The notes beneath the pieces are model-generated. The model was given only the letters and a program-made list of their open reading frames with translations, made no database searches and was not told the DNA's origin. A DNA stretch of 64,000 nucleotides from positions 417,260,001 to 417,324,000 of the forward strand of contig OZ024740.1 in assembly GCA_964016885.1 (NCBI GenBank). The letters are read 5' to 3'. Positions 1 to 15,000 of the stretch are shown here, piece by piece. Origin of the DNA: Eledone cirrhosa. Lineage: Eukaryota. Position numbers and translations under genes: made by a program. Each line of letters starts with the position of its first letter. Position 1 is the first letter of the stretch.

Positions 1-3000
1 TGGTGATTCTGTCCTATTGTTGTTGACATTCAGTAGTATTGGAGATTCTGCCCTATTGTTGTTAACATTCAGTAGTAATGAAGATTGTGTCCTATTGTTG
101 TTGACATTCAGTAGTAATGGAGATTCTGTCCTATTATTGTTGACATTCAGTAGTAATGAAGATTGTGTCCTATTGTTGTTGAAATTCCGTATTAATGGAG
201 ATTATGTCCTATTGTTGTTGACATTCAGCAGTAATGGAGATTGTATCCTATTGTTGACATTCAGTAGTAATGGAGATTGTGTCCTATTATTGTTGACATT
301 CAGTAGTAATGGAGATTGTGTCCTATTGTTGTTGACATTCAGTAGTAATGGATATTCTGTCCTATTCTTGTTGACATTCAGTAGTAATAGAGATTCTGTC
401 CGATTATTGTTGACATTCAGTAGTAATGAAGATTGTGTCCTATTGTTGTTGACATTCAGTAGTGATGGAGATTCTGTCCTATTGTTTTTGACATTCAGTA
501 GTAATGGAGATTCTGTCCTATTATTGACATTTCGTAGTAATGGAAATTCTGTCCTATTGTTGTTGACATTCAGTAGTAATGGAGATTGTGTCCTATTATT
601 GTTTACATTCAGTAGTAAGGAAGATTGTGTTCTATTGTTGTTGACATTCACTCCTAATGGAGATTCTGTCCCATTGTTGTTGATATTCAGTAGTAATGGA
701 GATTCTGTCCTATTGTTGTTGACATTCAGTAGTAATGGAGATTCTGTCCTATTATTGACATTTAGTAGTAATGGAGATTCTGTCCTATTGTTGTTGACAT
801 TCAGTAGTAATGGAGATTGTCCTATTATTGTTGACATTCAGTAATAATGAAGATTGTGTCCTATTGTTGTTGACATTCCGTATTAATGGAGATTATATCC
901 TATTGTTGTTGACATTCAGTAGTAATGGAGATAGTATCCTATTGTTGTTGACATTCAGTAGTAATGGAGATTGTGTCCTATTATTGTTGACATTCAGTAG
1001 TAATGGAGATCGTGTCCTATTGTTGTTGACATTCAGTAGTAATAGAGATTCTGTTCTATTGTTGTTGACATTCAGTAGTAATAAAGATTCTGTCCGATTA
1101 TTGTTGGCATTCAGTCGTAATGGAGATTCTGTCCTATTGTTGTTGACATTCAGTAGTAATGGAGATTCTGTCCTATTGTTGTTGACATTCAGTAGTAATG
1201 GATATTATGTCCTATTATTGACATTTCGTAGTAATGGAGATTCTGTCCTATTGTTGTTGACATTCAGTAGTAATGGAGATTGTGTCCTATTATTGTTGAC
1301 ATTCAGTAGTAAGGAAGATCGTGTTCTATTGTTGTTGACATTCAGTCGTAATGGAGATTCTGTCCCATTGTTGTTGATATTCAGTAGTAATGGAGATTCT
1401 GTCCTATTGTTGTTGACATTCAGTAGTAATGGAGATTCTGTCCTATTATTGACATTTAGTAGTAATGGAGATTCTGTCCTATTGTTGTTGACATTCAGTA
1501 GTAATGGAGATTGTGTCCTATTATTGTTGACATTCAGTAGTATTGGAGATTCTGTCTATTGTTGTTAACATTCAGTAGTAATGAAGATTGTGTCCTATTG
1601 TTGTTGACATTTAGTAGTAATGGAGATTCTGTCCTATTGTTGTTGACATCAGTAGTAATGAAGATTGTGTTCTATTGTTGTTGACATTTCGTATTAATGG
1701 AGATTATGTCCTATTGTTGTTGATATTCAGTGGTAATGGAGATTTTATCCTATTGTTGTTGACATGCAGTAGTAATGGAGATTGTGTCCTATTGTTGTTG
1801 GCATTCAGTAGTAATAGAGATTCTGCTCTATTGTTATTGACATTCAGTAGTAATAGAGATTCTGTCCTATTGTTGTTGACATTCAGTAGTAATGGAGATT
1901 CTGTCCTATTGTTGTTGACATTCAGTAGTAATAGAGATTCTGTCCGATTATTGTTGACATTCAGTAGTAATGAAGATTGTGTCCTATTGTTGTTGACATT
2001 CAGTCCTAATGGAGATTCTGTCCCATTGTTGTTGATATTCAGTAGTAATGGAGATTCTGTCCTATTGTTGTTGACATTCAGTAGTAATGGAGATTCTGTC
2101 CTATTATTGACATTTAGTAGTAATGGAGATTCTGTCCTATTGTTGTTGACATTCAGTAGTAATGGAGATTGTGTCCTATTATTGTTGATATTCAGTAGTA
2201 TTGGAGATTCTGTCCTATTGTTGTTAACATTCAGTAGTAATGAAGATTGTGTCCTATTGTTGTTGACATTCAGTAGTAATGGAGATTCTGTCCTATTGTT
2301 GTTGACATTCAGTAATAATGAAGATTGTGTCCTATTGTTGTTGACATTCCGTATTAATGGAGATTATGTCCTATTGTTGTTGACATTCAGTAGTAATAGA
2401 GATTGTATCCTATTGTTGTTGACATTCAGTAGTAATAAAGATTCTGTCCGATTATCGTTGACATTCAGTAGTAATGGAGATTCTGTGCTATTGTTGTTGA
2501 CTTTCAGTAGTAATGGAGATTCTGTCCTATTGTTGTTGACATTCAGTAGTAATAGAGATTCTGCTATATTGTTATTGACATTCAGTAGTAATAGAGATTC
2601 TGTCCTATTGTTGTTGACATTCAGTAGTAATGGAGATTCTGTCCTATTATTGACATTTAGTAGTAATGGAGATTCTGTCCTACTGCTGACATTTAGTAGT
2701 AATGGAGATTCTGTCCTATTGTTGTTGACATTCAATAGTAATGGGGATTGTGTCCTATTATTGTAGACATTCAGTAGTAATGGAGATTCTGTCCTATTGT
2801 TGTTGACATTCAGTAGTAATGAAGATTGTGTCCTATTGTTGTTGACATTCAGTAGTAATGGAGATTCTGTGCTATTGTTGTTGACTTTCAGTAGTAATGG
2901 AGATTCTGTCCTATTGTTGTTGACATTCAGTAGTAATAGAGATTCTGACCTATTATTGTTGACATTCAGTAGTAATAGATATTCTGTCCTATTATTGTTG

Positions 3001-6000
3001 ACATTCAGTAGTAATGAAGATTGCGTCCTATTGTTGTTGACATTCAGTAGTAATGGAGATTCTGTCCTATTGTTGTTGACATTCAGTAGTAATGGAGATT
3101 CTGTCCTATTCTTGTTGACATTCTGTAGTAATGAAGATTGTCCTATTATTGTTGACATTCAGTAGTAATGTAGATTGTGTCCTATTGTTGTTGACATTCA
3201 GTAGTAATGGAGATTGTGTCCTATTGTTGTTGACATTCAGTAGTAATGGAGATTGTGTCCTATTGTTGACATTCAGTAATGGAGAATCTTTCCTATTGTT
3301 GTTGCCATTCAGTAGTAATGGAGATTCTGTCCTATTGTTGTTGACATTCAGTAGTAATAGAGATTCTCTCCGATTACTGTTGACATTCAGTAGTAATGAA
3401 GATTGTGTCCTATTGTTGTTGACATTCAGTCGTAATGGAGATTCTGCCCTATTGTTGTTGACATTCAGTGGCAATAGAGATTCTGTCCTATTGTTGTTGA
3501 CATTCAGTATTAATGGAGATTCTGTCCTAGTATTGACGTTTAGTAGTAATGGAGATTCTGTCCTATTGTTGTTGACATTCAGTAGTAATGGAGATTGTGT
3601 CCTATTATTGTTGACATTCAGTAGTAAGGAAGATTGTGTTCTATTGTTGTTGACATTCAGTCGTAATGGTGATTCTGTCCCATTGTTGTTGATATTCAGT
3701 AGTAATGGAGATTCTGTCCTATTTTTGTTGACATTCAGTAGTAATGGAGATTCTGTCCTATTATTGACATTTAGTAGTAATGGAGATTCTGTCCTATTGT
3801 TGTTGACATTCAGTAGTAATGGAGATTGTGTCCTATTATTGTTGACATTCAGTAGTATTGGAGATTCTGTCCTATTGTTGTTAACATTCAGTAGTAATGA
3901 AGATTGTGTCCTATTGTTGTTGACATTCAGTAGTAATGGAGATTCTGTCCTATTATTGTTGATATTCAGTAGTAATGAAGATTGTGTCCTATTGTTGTTG
4001 AAATTCCGTATTAATGGAGATTATGTCCTATTGTTGTTGACATTCAGCAGTAATGGAGATTGTATCCTATTGTTCACATTCAGTAGTAATGGAGATTGTG
4101 TCCTATTATTGTTGACATTCAGTAGTAATGGAGATTGTGTCCTATTGTTGTTGACATTCAGTAGTAATGGATATTCTGTCCTATTGTTGTTGACATTCAG
4201 TAGTAATGGAGATTCTCTCCGATTATTGTTGACATTCAGTAGTAATGAAGATTGTGTCCTATTGTTGTTGACATTCAGTCGTAATGGAGATTCTGTCCTA
4301 TTGTTTTTGACATTCAGTAGTAATGGAGATTCTGTCCTATTATTGACATTTCGTAGTAATGGAAATTCTGTCCTATTGTTGTTGACATTCAGTAGTAATG
4401 GAGATTGTGTCCTATTATTGTTTACATTCAGTAGTAAGGAAGATTGTGTTCTATTGTTGTTGACATTCAGTCCTAATGGAGATTCTGTCCCATTGTTGTT
4501 GATATTCAGTAGTAATGGAGATTCTGTCCTATTGTTGTTGACATTCAGTAGTAATGGAGATTCTGTCCTATTATTGACATTTAGTAGTAATGGAGATTCT
4601 GTCCTATTGTTGTTGACATTCAGTAGTAATGGAGATTGTGTCCTATTATTGTTGACATTCAGTAGTATTGGAGATTCTGTCCTATTGTTGTTAACATTCA
4701 GTATTAATGAAGATTGTGTCCTATTGTTGTTGACATTCAGTAGTAATGGAGATTCTGTCTTATTGTTGTTGACATTCAGTAATAATGAAGATTGTGTCCT
4801 ATTGTTGTTGACATTCCGTATTAATGGAGATTATGTCCTATTGTTGTTGACATTCAGTAGTAATGGAGATTGTATCCTAATGTTGTTGACATTCAGTAGT
4901 AATGGAGATCGTGTCCTATTGTTGTTGACATTCAGTAGTAATAGAGATTCTGTTCTATGGTTGTTGACATTCAGTAGTAATAAAGATTCTGTCCGATTAT
5001 TGTTGACATTCAGTCGTAATGGAGATTCTGTCCTATTGTTGTTGACATTCAGTAGTAATGGAGATTCTGTCCTATTGTTGTTGACATTCAGTAGTAATGG
5101 AGATTCTGTCCTATTCTTGTTGACATTCAGTAGTAATGAAGATTGTCCTATTATTGTTGACATTCAGTAGTAATGTAGATTGTGTCCTATTGTTGTTGAC
5201 ATTCAGTAGTAATGGAGATTGTGTCCTATTGTTGTTGACATTCAGTAGTAATGGAGATTGTGTCCTATTGTTGACATTCAGTAATGGAGAATCTTTCCTA
5301 TTGTTGTTGACATTCAGTAGTAATGAAGATTGTGTCCTATTGTTGTTGCCATTCAGTAGTAATGGAGATTCTGTCCTATTGTTCTTGACATTCAGTAGTA
5401 ATAGAGATTCTCTCCGATTATTGTTGACATTCAGTAGTAATGAAGAGTGTGTCCTATTGTTGTTGACATTCAGTCGTAATGGAGATTCTGCCCTATTGTT
5501 GTTGACATTCAGTGGTAATAGAGATTCTGTCCTATTGTTGTTGACATTCAGTATTAATGGAGATTCTGTCCTAGTATTGACGTTTAGTAGTAATGGAGAT
5601 TCTGTCCTATTGTTGTTGACATTCAGTAGTAATGGAGATTGTGTCCTATTATTGTTGACATTCAGTAGTAAGGAAGATTGTGTTCTATTGTTGTTGACAT
5701 TCAGTCGTAATGGAGATTCTGTCCTACTGTTGACATTTAGTAGTAATGGAGATTCTGTCCTATTGTTGTTGACATTCAATAGTAATGGGGATTGTGTCCT
5801 ATTATTGTAGACATTCAGTAGTAATGGAGATTCTGTCCTATTGTTGTTGACATTCAGTAGTAATGAAGATTGTGTCCTATTGTTGTTGACATTCAGTAGT
5901 AATGGAGATTCTGTGCTATTGTTGTTGACTTTCAGTAGTAATGGAGATTCTGTCCTATTGTTGTTGACATTCAGTAGTAATAGAGATTCTGACCTATTAT

Positions 6001-9000
6001 TGTTGACATTCAGTAGTAATAGATATTCTGTCCTATTATTGTTGACATTCAGTAGTAATGAAGATTGCGTCCTATTGTTGTTGACATTCAGTAGTAATGG
6101 AGATTCTGTCCTATTGTTGTTGACATTCAGTAGTAATGGAGATTCTGTCCTATTCTTGTTGACATTCAGTAGTAATGAAGATTGTCCTATTATTGTTGAC
6201 ATTCAGTAGTAATGGAGATTGTGTCCTATTGTTGACATTCAGTAATGGAGAATCTTTCCTATTGTTGTTGACATTCAGTAGTAATGAAGATTGTGTCCTA
6301 TTGTTGTTGCCATTCAGTAGTAATGGAGATTCTGTCCTATTGTTGTTGACATTCAGTAGTAATAGAGATTCTCTCCGATTATTGTTGACATTCAGTAGTA
6401 ATGAAGATTGTGTCCTATTGTTGTTGACATTCAGTCGTAATGGAGATTCTGCCCTATTGTTGTTGACATTCAGTGGTAATAGAGATTCTGTCCTATTGTT
6501 GTTGACATTCAGTATTAATGGAGATTCTGTCCTAGGATTGACGTTTAGTAGTAATGGAGATTCTGTCCTATTGTTGTTGACATTCAGTAGTAATGGAGAT
6601 TGTGTCCTATTATTGTTGACATTCAGTAGTAAGGAAGATTGTGTTCTATTGTTGTTGACATTCAGTCGTAATGGAGATTCTGTCCCATTGTTGTTGATAT
6701 TCAGTAGTAATGGAGATTCTGTCCTATTTTTGTTGACATTCAGTAGTAATGGAGATTCTGTCCTATTATTGACATTTAGTAGTAATGGAGATTCTGTCCT
6801 ATTGTTGTTGACATTCAGTAGTAATGGAGATTGTGTCCTATTATTGTTGACATTCAGTAGTATTGGAGATTCTGTCCTATTGTTGTTAACATTCAGTAGT
6901 AATGAAGATTGTGTCCTATTGTTGTTGACATTCAGTAGTAATGGAGATTCTGTCCTATTATTGTTGATATTCAGTAGTAATGAAGATTGTGTCCTATTGT
7001 TGTTGAAATTCCGTATTAATGGAGATTATGTCCTATTGTTGTTGACATTCAGCAGTAATGGAGATTGTATCCTATTGTTCACATTCAGTAGTAATGGAGA
7101 TTGTGTCCTATTATTGTTGACATTCAGTAGTAATGGAGATTGTGTCCTATTGTTGTTGACATTCAGTAGTAATGGATATTCTGTCCTATTGTTGTTGACA
7201 TTCAGTAGTAATAGAGATTCTGTCCGATTATTGTTGACATTCAGTAGTAATGAAGATTGTGTCCTATTGTTGTTGACATTCAGTCGTAATGGAGATTCTG
7301 TCCTATTGTTGTTGATATTCAGTAGTGATGGAGATTCTGTCCTATTGTTTTTGACATTCAGTAGTAATGGAGATTCTGTCCTATTATTGACATTTCGTAG
7401 TAATGGAAATTCTGTCCTATTGTTGTTGACATTCAGTAGTAATGGAGATTGTGTCCTATTATTGTTTACATTCAGTAGTAAGGAAGATTGTGTTCTATTG
7501 TTGTTGACATTCAGTCCTAATGGAGATTCTGTCCCATTGTTGTTGATATTCAGTAGTAATGGAGATTCTGTCCTATTGTTGTTGACATTCAGTAGTAATG
7601 GAGATTCTGTCCTATTATTGACATTTAGTAGTAATGGAGATTCTGTCCTATTGTTGTTGACATTCAGTAGTAATGGAGATTGTGTCCTATTATTGTTGAC
7701 ATTCAGTAGTATTGGAGATTCTGTCCTATTGTTGTTAACATTCAGTATTAATGAAGATTGTGTCCTATTGTTGTTGACATTCAGTAGTAATGGAAATTCT
7801 GTCTTATTGTTGTTCACATTCAGTAATAATGAAGATTGTGTCCTATTGTTGTTGACATTCCGTATTAATGGAGATTATGTCCTATTGTTGTTGACATTCA
7901 GTAGTAATGGAGATTGTATCCTATTGTTGTTGACATTCAGTAGTAATGGAGATTGTGTTCTATTATTGTTGACATTCAGTAGTAATGGAGATCGTGTCCT
8001 ATTGTTGTTGACATTCAGTAGTAATGGAGATTCTATTCTATGGTTGTTGACATTCAGTAGTAATAAAGATTCTGTCCGATTATTGTTGACATTCAGTCGT
8101 AATGGAGATTCTGTCCTATTGTTGTTGACATTCAGTAGTAATGGAGATTCTGTCCTATTGTTGTTGACATTCAGTAGTAATGGATATTCTGTCCTATTAT
8201 TGACATTTCGTAGTAATGGAGATTCTGTCCTATTGTTGTTGACATTCAGTAGTAATGGAGATTGTGTCCTATTATTGTTGACATTCAGTAGTAAGGAAGA
8301 TCGTGTTCTATTGTCGTTGACATTCAGTCGTAATGGAGATTCTGTCCCATTGTTGTTGATATTCAGTAGTAATGGAGATTCTGTCCTATTGTTGTTGACA
8401 TTCAGTAGTAATGGAGATTCTGTCCTATTATTGACATTTAGTAGTAATGGAGATTGTGTCCTATTATTGTTGACATTCAGTAGTATTGGAGATTCTGTCT
8501 ATTGTTGTAAACATTCAGTAGTAATGAAGATTGTGTCCTATTGTTGTTGACATTTAGTAGTAATGGAGATTCTGTCCTATTGTTGTTGACATCAGTAGTA
8601 ATGAAGATTGTGTTCTATTGTTGTTGACATTCCGTATTAATGGAGATTATGTCCTATTGTTGTTGATATTCAGTGGTAATGGAGATTGTATCCTATTGTT
8701 GTTGACATTCAGTAGTAATGGAGATTGTGTCCTATTATTGTTGGCATTCAGTAGTAATGGGGATTGTGTCCTATTGTTGTTGACATTCAGTAGTAATAGA
8801 GATTCTGCTCTATTGTTATTGACATTCAGTAGTAATAGAGATTCTGTCCCATTGTTGTTGACATTCAGTAGTAATGGAGATTCTGTCCTATTGTTGTTGA
8901 CATTCAGTAGTAATAGAGATTCTGTCCGATTATTGTTGACATTCAGTAGTAATGAAGATTGTGTCCTATTGTTGTTGACATTCAGTCGTAATGGAGATTC

Positions 9001-12000
9001 TGTCCTATTGTTGTTGACATTCAGTAGTAATGGAGATTCTGTCCTATTGTTGTTGACATTCAGTAGTAATGGAGATTCTGTTTTATTATTGACATTTCGT
9101 AGTAATGGAGATTCTGTCCTATTGTTGTTGACATTCAGTAGTAATGGAGATTGTGTTCTATTGTTGTTGACATTCAGTCGTAATGGAGATTCTGTCCCAT
9201 TGTTGTTGATATTCAGTAGTAATGGAGATTCTGTCCTATTGTTGTTGACATTCAGTAGTAATGGAGATTGTATCCTATTGTTGTTGACATTCAGTAGTAA
9301 TGGAGATTGTGTCCTATTATTGTTGACATTCAGTAGTAATGGAGATTGTGTCCTATTGTTGTTGACATTCAGTAGTATTGGAGATTCTGTCCTATTGTTG
9401 TTGACATTCAGTAGTAATGGATATTCTGTCCTATTATTGACATTTCGTAGTAATGGAGATTCTGTCCTATTGTTGTTGACATTCAGTAGTAATGGAGATT
9501 GTGTCCTATTATTGTTGACATTCAGTAGTAAGGAAGATCGTGTTCTATTGTTGTTGACATTCAGTCGTAATGGAGATTCTGTCCCATTGTTGTTGATATT
9601 CAGTAGTAATGGAGATTCTGTCCTATTGTTGTTGACATTCAGTAGTAATGGAGATTCTGTCCTATTGTTGTTAACATTTAGTAGTAATGAAGATTTTGTC
9701 CTATTGTTGTTGACATTCAGTAATAATGGATATTCTGTCCTATTGTTGTTGACATTCAGTAGTAATGGAGATTGTCCTATTGTTGTTGACATTCAGTAGT
9801 AATGAAGATTGTGTCCTATTGTTGTTGACATTCAGTAGTAATGGAGATTCTGTCCTATTGTTGTTGACATTCAGTAGTAATGGAGATTTTGTCCTATTGT
9901 TGTTGACATTCAGTAGTAATGGAGATTGTCCTATTGTTGTTGACATTCAGTAGTAATGGAGATTGTATCCTATTGTTGTTGACATTCAGTAGTAATGGAG
10001 ATAATGTCCTATTGTTGTTGACATTCAGTAGTAATAGAGATTCTGTTCTATTGTTGTTGACATTCAGTAGTAATAGAGATTCTGTCCGATTATTGTTGAC
10101 ATTCAGTAGTAATGAAGATTGTGTCCTATTGTTGTTGACATTCAGTCGTAATGGAGATTCTGTCCTATTGCTGTTGACATTCAGTAGTAATGGAGATTCT
10201 GTCCTATTGTTGTTGACATTCAGTAGTAATAGAGATTCTGTCCGATTATTGTTGACATTCAGTAGTAATGAAGATTGTGTCCTATTGTTGTTGACATTCA
10301 GTCTTAATGAAGATTCTGTCCTATTATTGTTGACATTCAGTAGTAATGGAGATTCTGTCCTATTGTTGTTGACATTCAGTAGTAATGGAGATTCTGTCCT
10401 ATTGTTGACATTTAGTAGTAATGGAGATTCTCTCCTATTGTTGTTGACATTCAGTAGTAATGGAGATTATGTCCTATTGTTGTTGACATTCAGTAGTAAT
10501 GGAGATTCTGTCCTATTGTTGTTGACATTCAGTAGTAATGAAGATTGTGTCCTATTGTTGTTGACATTCAGTAGTAATGGAGATTCTGTCCTATTGTTGT
10601 TGACATTCAGTAGTAATGGAGATTTTGTCCTATTGTTGTTGACATTCAGTAGTAATGGAGATTGTCCTATTGTCGTTGACATTCAGTAGTAATGGAGATT
10701 GCATCCTATTGTTTTTCACATTCAGTAGTAATGGAGATTGTGTCCTATGTTGTTGACATTCAGTAGTAATGGAGATTCTGTCCTATTGTTGACATTTAGT
10801 AGTAATGGAGATTCTGTCCTACTGTTGACATTTAGTAGTAATGGAGATTCTGTCCTATTGTTGTTGACATTCAATAGTAATGGGGATTGTGTCCTATTAT
10901 TGTAGACATTCAGTAGTAATGGATATTCTGTCCTATTGTTGTTCACATTCAGTAGTAATGAAGATTGTGTCCTATTGTTGTTGACATTCAGTAGTAATGG
11001 AGATTCTGTGCTATTGTTGACTTTCAGTAGTAATGGAGATTCTGTCCTATTGTTGTTGACATTCAGTCGTAATGGAGATTCTGTCCTATTGCTGTTGACA
11101 TTCAGTAGTAATGGATATTCTGTCCTATTATTGACATTTCGTAGTAATGGAGATTCTGTCCTATTGTTGTTGACATTCAGTAGTAATGGAGATTGTGTCC
11201 TATTATTGTTGACATTCAGTAGTAAGGAAGATCGTGTTCTATTGTTGTTGACATTCAGTCGTAATGGAGATTCTGTCCCATTGTTGTTGATATTCAGTAG
11301 TAATGGAGATTCTGTCCTATTGTTGTTGACATTCAGTAGTAATGGAGATTGTATCCTATTGTTGTTGACATTCAGTAGTAATGGAGATTGTGTCCTATTA
11401 TTGTTGACATTCAGTAGTAATGGAGATTGTGTCCTATTGTTGTTGACATTCAGTAGTATTGGAGATTCTGTCCTATTGTTGTTGACATTCAGTAGTAATG
11501 GATATTCTGTCCTATTATTGACATTTCGTAGTAATGGAGATTCTGTCCTATTGTTGTTGACATTCAGTAGTAATGGAGATTGTGTCCTATTATTGTTGAC
11601 ATTCAGTAGTAAGGAAGATCGTGTTCTATTGTTGTTGACATTCAGTCGTAATGGAGATTCTGTCCCATTGTTGTTGATATTCAGTAGTAATGGAGATTCT
11701 GTCCTATTGTTGTTGACATTCAGTAGTAATGGAGATTCTGTCCTATTATTGACATTTAGTAGTAATGGAGATTCTGTCCTATTGTTGTTGACATTCAGTA
11801 GTAATGGAGATTGTGTCCTATTATTGTTGACATTCAGTAGTATTGGAGATTCTGTCTATTGTTGTTAACATTCAGTAGTAATGAAGATTGTGTCTTGACA
11901 TTTAGTAGTAATGGAGATTCTGTCCTATTGTTGTTGACATCAGTAGTAATGAAGATTGTGTTCTATTGTTGTTGACATTCAGTAGTAATGGATATTCTGC

Positions 12001-15000
12001 CCTATTGTTGTTGACATTCAGTAGTAATGGATATTCTGCCCTATTATTGACATTCCGTATTAATGGAGATTATGTCCTATTGTTGTTGATATTCAGTGGT
12101 AATGGAGATTGTATCCTATTGTTGTTGACATTCAGTAAGTAATGGAGATTGTCTCCTATTATCGTTGGCATTCAGTAGTAATGGAGATTGTGTCCTATTG
12201 TTGTTGACATTCAGTAGTAATGGAGATTCTGTCCTATTATTGTTGACATTCAGTAGTAATGGAGATTCTGTCCTATTATTGTTGACATTCAGTAGTAATG
12301 GATATTCTGTCCTATTGTTGTTAACATTTAGTAGTAATGAAGATTTTGTCCTATTGTTGTTGACATTCAGTAATAATGGATATTCTGTCCTATTGTTGTT
12401 GACATTCAGTAGTAATGGAGATTCTGTCCTATTGTTGTTGACATTCAGTAGTAATGAAGATTGTGTCCTATTGTTGTTGACATTCAGTAGTAATGGAGAT
12501 TCTGTCCTATTGTTGTTGACATTCAGTAGTAATGGAGATTTTGTCCTATTGTTGTTGACATTCAGTAGTAATGGAGATTGTCCTATTGTTGTTGACATTC
12601 AGTAGTAATGGAGATTGTATCCTATTGTTGTTGACATTCAGTAGTAATGGAGATCGTGTCCTATTGTTGTTGACATTCAGTAGTAACAGAGATTCTGTCC
12701 GATTATTGTTGAAATTCAGTAGTAATGAAGATTGTGTCCTATTGTTGTTGACATTCAGTCGTAATGGAGATTCTGTCCTATTGCTGTTGACATTCAGTAG
12801 TAATGGAGATTCTGTCCTATTGTTGTTGACATTCAGTAGTAATAGAGATTCTGTCCGATTATTGTTGACATTCAGTAGTAATGAAGATTGTGTCCTACTG
12901 TTGTTGACATTCAGTCTTAATGGAGATTCTGTCCTATTATTGTTGACATTCAGTAGTATTGGAGATTCTGTCCTATTGTTGTTGACATTCAGTAGTAATG
13001 GAGATTCTGTCCTATTATTGACATTTAGTAGTAATGGAGATTCTGTCCTATTGTTGTTGACAATCAGTAGTAATGGAGATTGTGTCCTATTATTGTTGAC
13101 ATTCAGTAGTATTGGAGATTCTGTCTATTGTTGTTAACATTCAGTAGTAATGAAGATTGTGTCCTATTGTTGTTGACATTTAGTAGTAATGGAGATTCTG
13201 TCCTATTGTTGTTGACATCAGTATTAATGAAGATTGTGTTCTATTGTTGTTGACATTCAGTAGTAATGGAGATCGTGTCGTATTGTTGTTGACATTCAGT
13301 AGTAATGGAGATTCTATTCTATGGTTGTTGACATTCAGTAGTAATAAAGATTCTGTCCGATTATTGTTGACATTCAGTCGTAATGGAGATTCTGTCCTAT
13401 TGTTGTTGACATTCAGTAGTAATCGAGATTCTGTCCTATTGTTGTTGACATTCAGTAGTAATGGATATTCTGTCCTATTATTGACATTTCGTAGTAATGG
13501 AGATTCTGTCCTATTGTTGTTGACATTCAGTAGTAATGGAGATTGTGTCCTATTATTGTTGACATTCAGTAGTAAGGAAGATCGTGTTCTATTGTCGTTG
13601 ACATTCAGTCGTAATGGAGATTCTGTCCAATTGTTGTTGATATTCAGTAGTAATGGAGATTCTGTCCTATTGTTGTTGACATTCAGTAGTAATGGAGATT
13701 CTGTCCTATTATTGACATTTAGTAGTAATGGAGATTGTGTCCTATTATTGTTGACATTCAGTAGTATTGGAGATTCTGTCTATTGTTGTTAACATTCAGT
13801 AGTAATGAAGATTGTGTCCTATTGTTGTTGACATTTAGTAGTAATGGAGATTCTGTCCTATTGTTGTTGACATCAGTAGTAATGAAGATTGTGTTCTATT
13901 GTTGTTGACATTCCGTATTAATGGAGATTATGTCCTATTGTTGTTGATATTCAGTGGTAATGGAGATTGTATCCTATTGTTGTTGACATTCAGTAGTAAT
14001 GGAGATTGTGTCCTATTATTGTTGGCATTCAGTAGTAATGGGGATTGTGTCCTATTGTTGTTGACATTCAGTAGTAATAGAGATTCTGCTCTATTGTTAT
14101 TGACATTCAGTAGTAATAGAGATTCTGTCCCATTGTTGTTGACATTCAGTAGTAATGGAGATTCTGTCCTATTGTTGTTGACATTCAGTAGTAATAGAGA
14201 TTCTGTCCGATTATTGTTGACATTCAGTAGTAATGAAGATTGTGTCCTATTGTTGTTGACATTCAGTCGTAATGGAGATTCTGTCCTATTGTTGTTGACA
14301 TTCAGTAGTAATGGAGATTCTGTCCTATTGTTGTTGACATTCAGTAGTAATGGAGATTCTGTTTTATTATTGACATTTCGTAGTAATGGAGATTCTGTCC
14401 TATTGTTGTTGACATTCAGTAGTAATGGAGATTGTGTTCTATTGTTGTTGACATTCAGTCGTAATGGAGATTCTGTCCCATTGTTGTTGATATTCAGTAG
14501 TAATGGAGATTCTGTCCTATTGTTGTTGACATTCAGTAGTAATGGAGATTGTATCCTATTGTTGTTGACATTCAGTAGTAATGGAGATTGTGTCCTATTA
14601 TTGTTGACATTCAGTAGTAATGGAGATTGTGTCCTATTGTTGTTGACATTCAGTAGTATTGGAGATTCTGTCCTATTGTTGTTGACATTCAGTAGTAATG
14701 GATATTCTGTCCTATTATTGACATTTCGTAGTAATGGAGATTCTGTCCTATTGTTGTTGACATTCAGTAGTAATGGAGATTGTGTCCTATTATTGTTGAC
14801 ATTCAGTAGTAAGGAAGATCGTGTTCTATTGTTGTTGACATTCAGTCGTAATGGAGATTCTGTCCCATTGTTGTTGATATTCAGTAGTAATGGAGATTCT
14901 GTCCTATTGTTGTTGACATTCAGTAGTAATGGAGATTCTGTCCTATTGTTGTTAACATTTAGTAGTAATGAAGATTTTGTCCTATTGTTGTTGACATTCA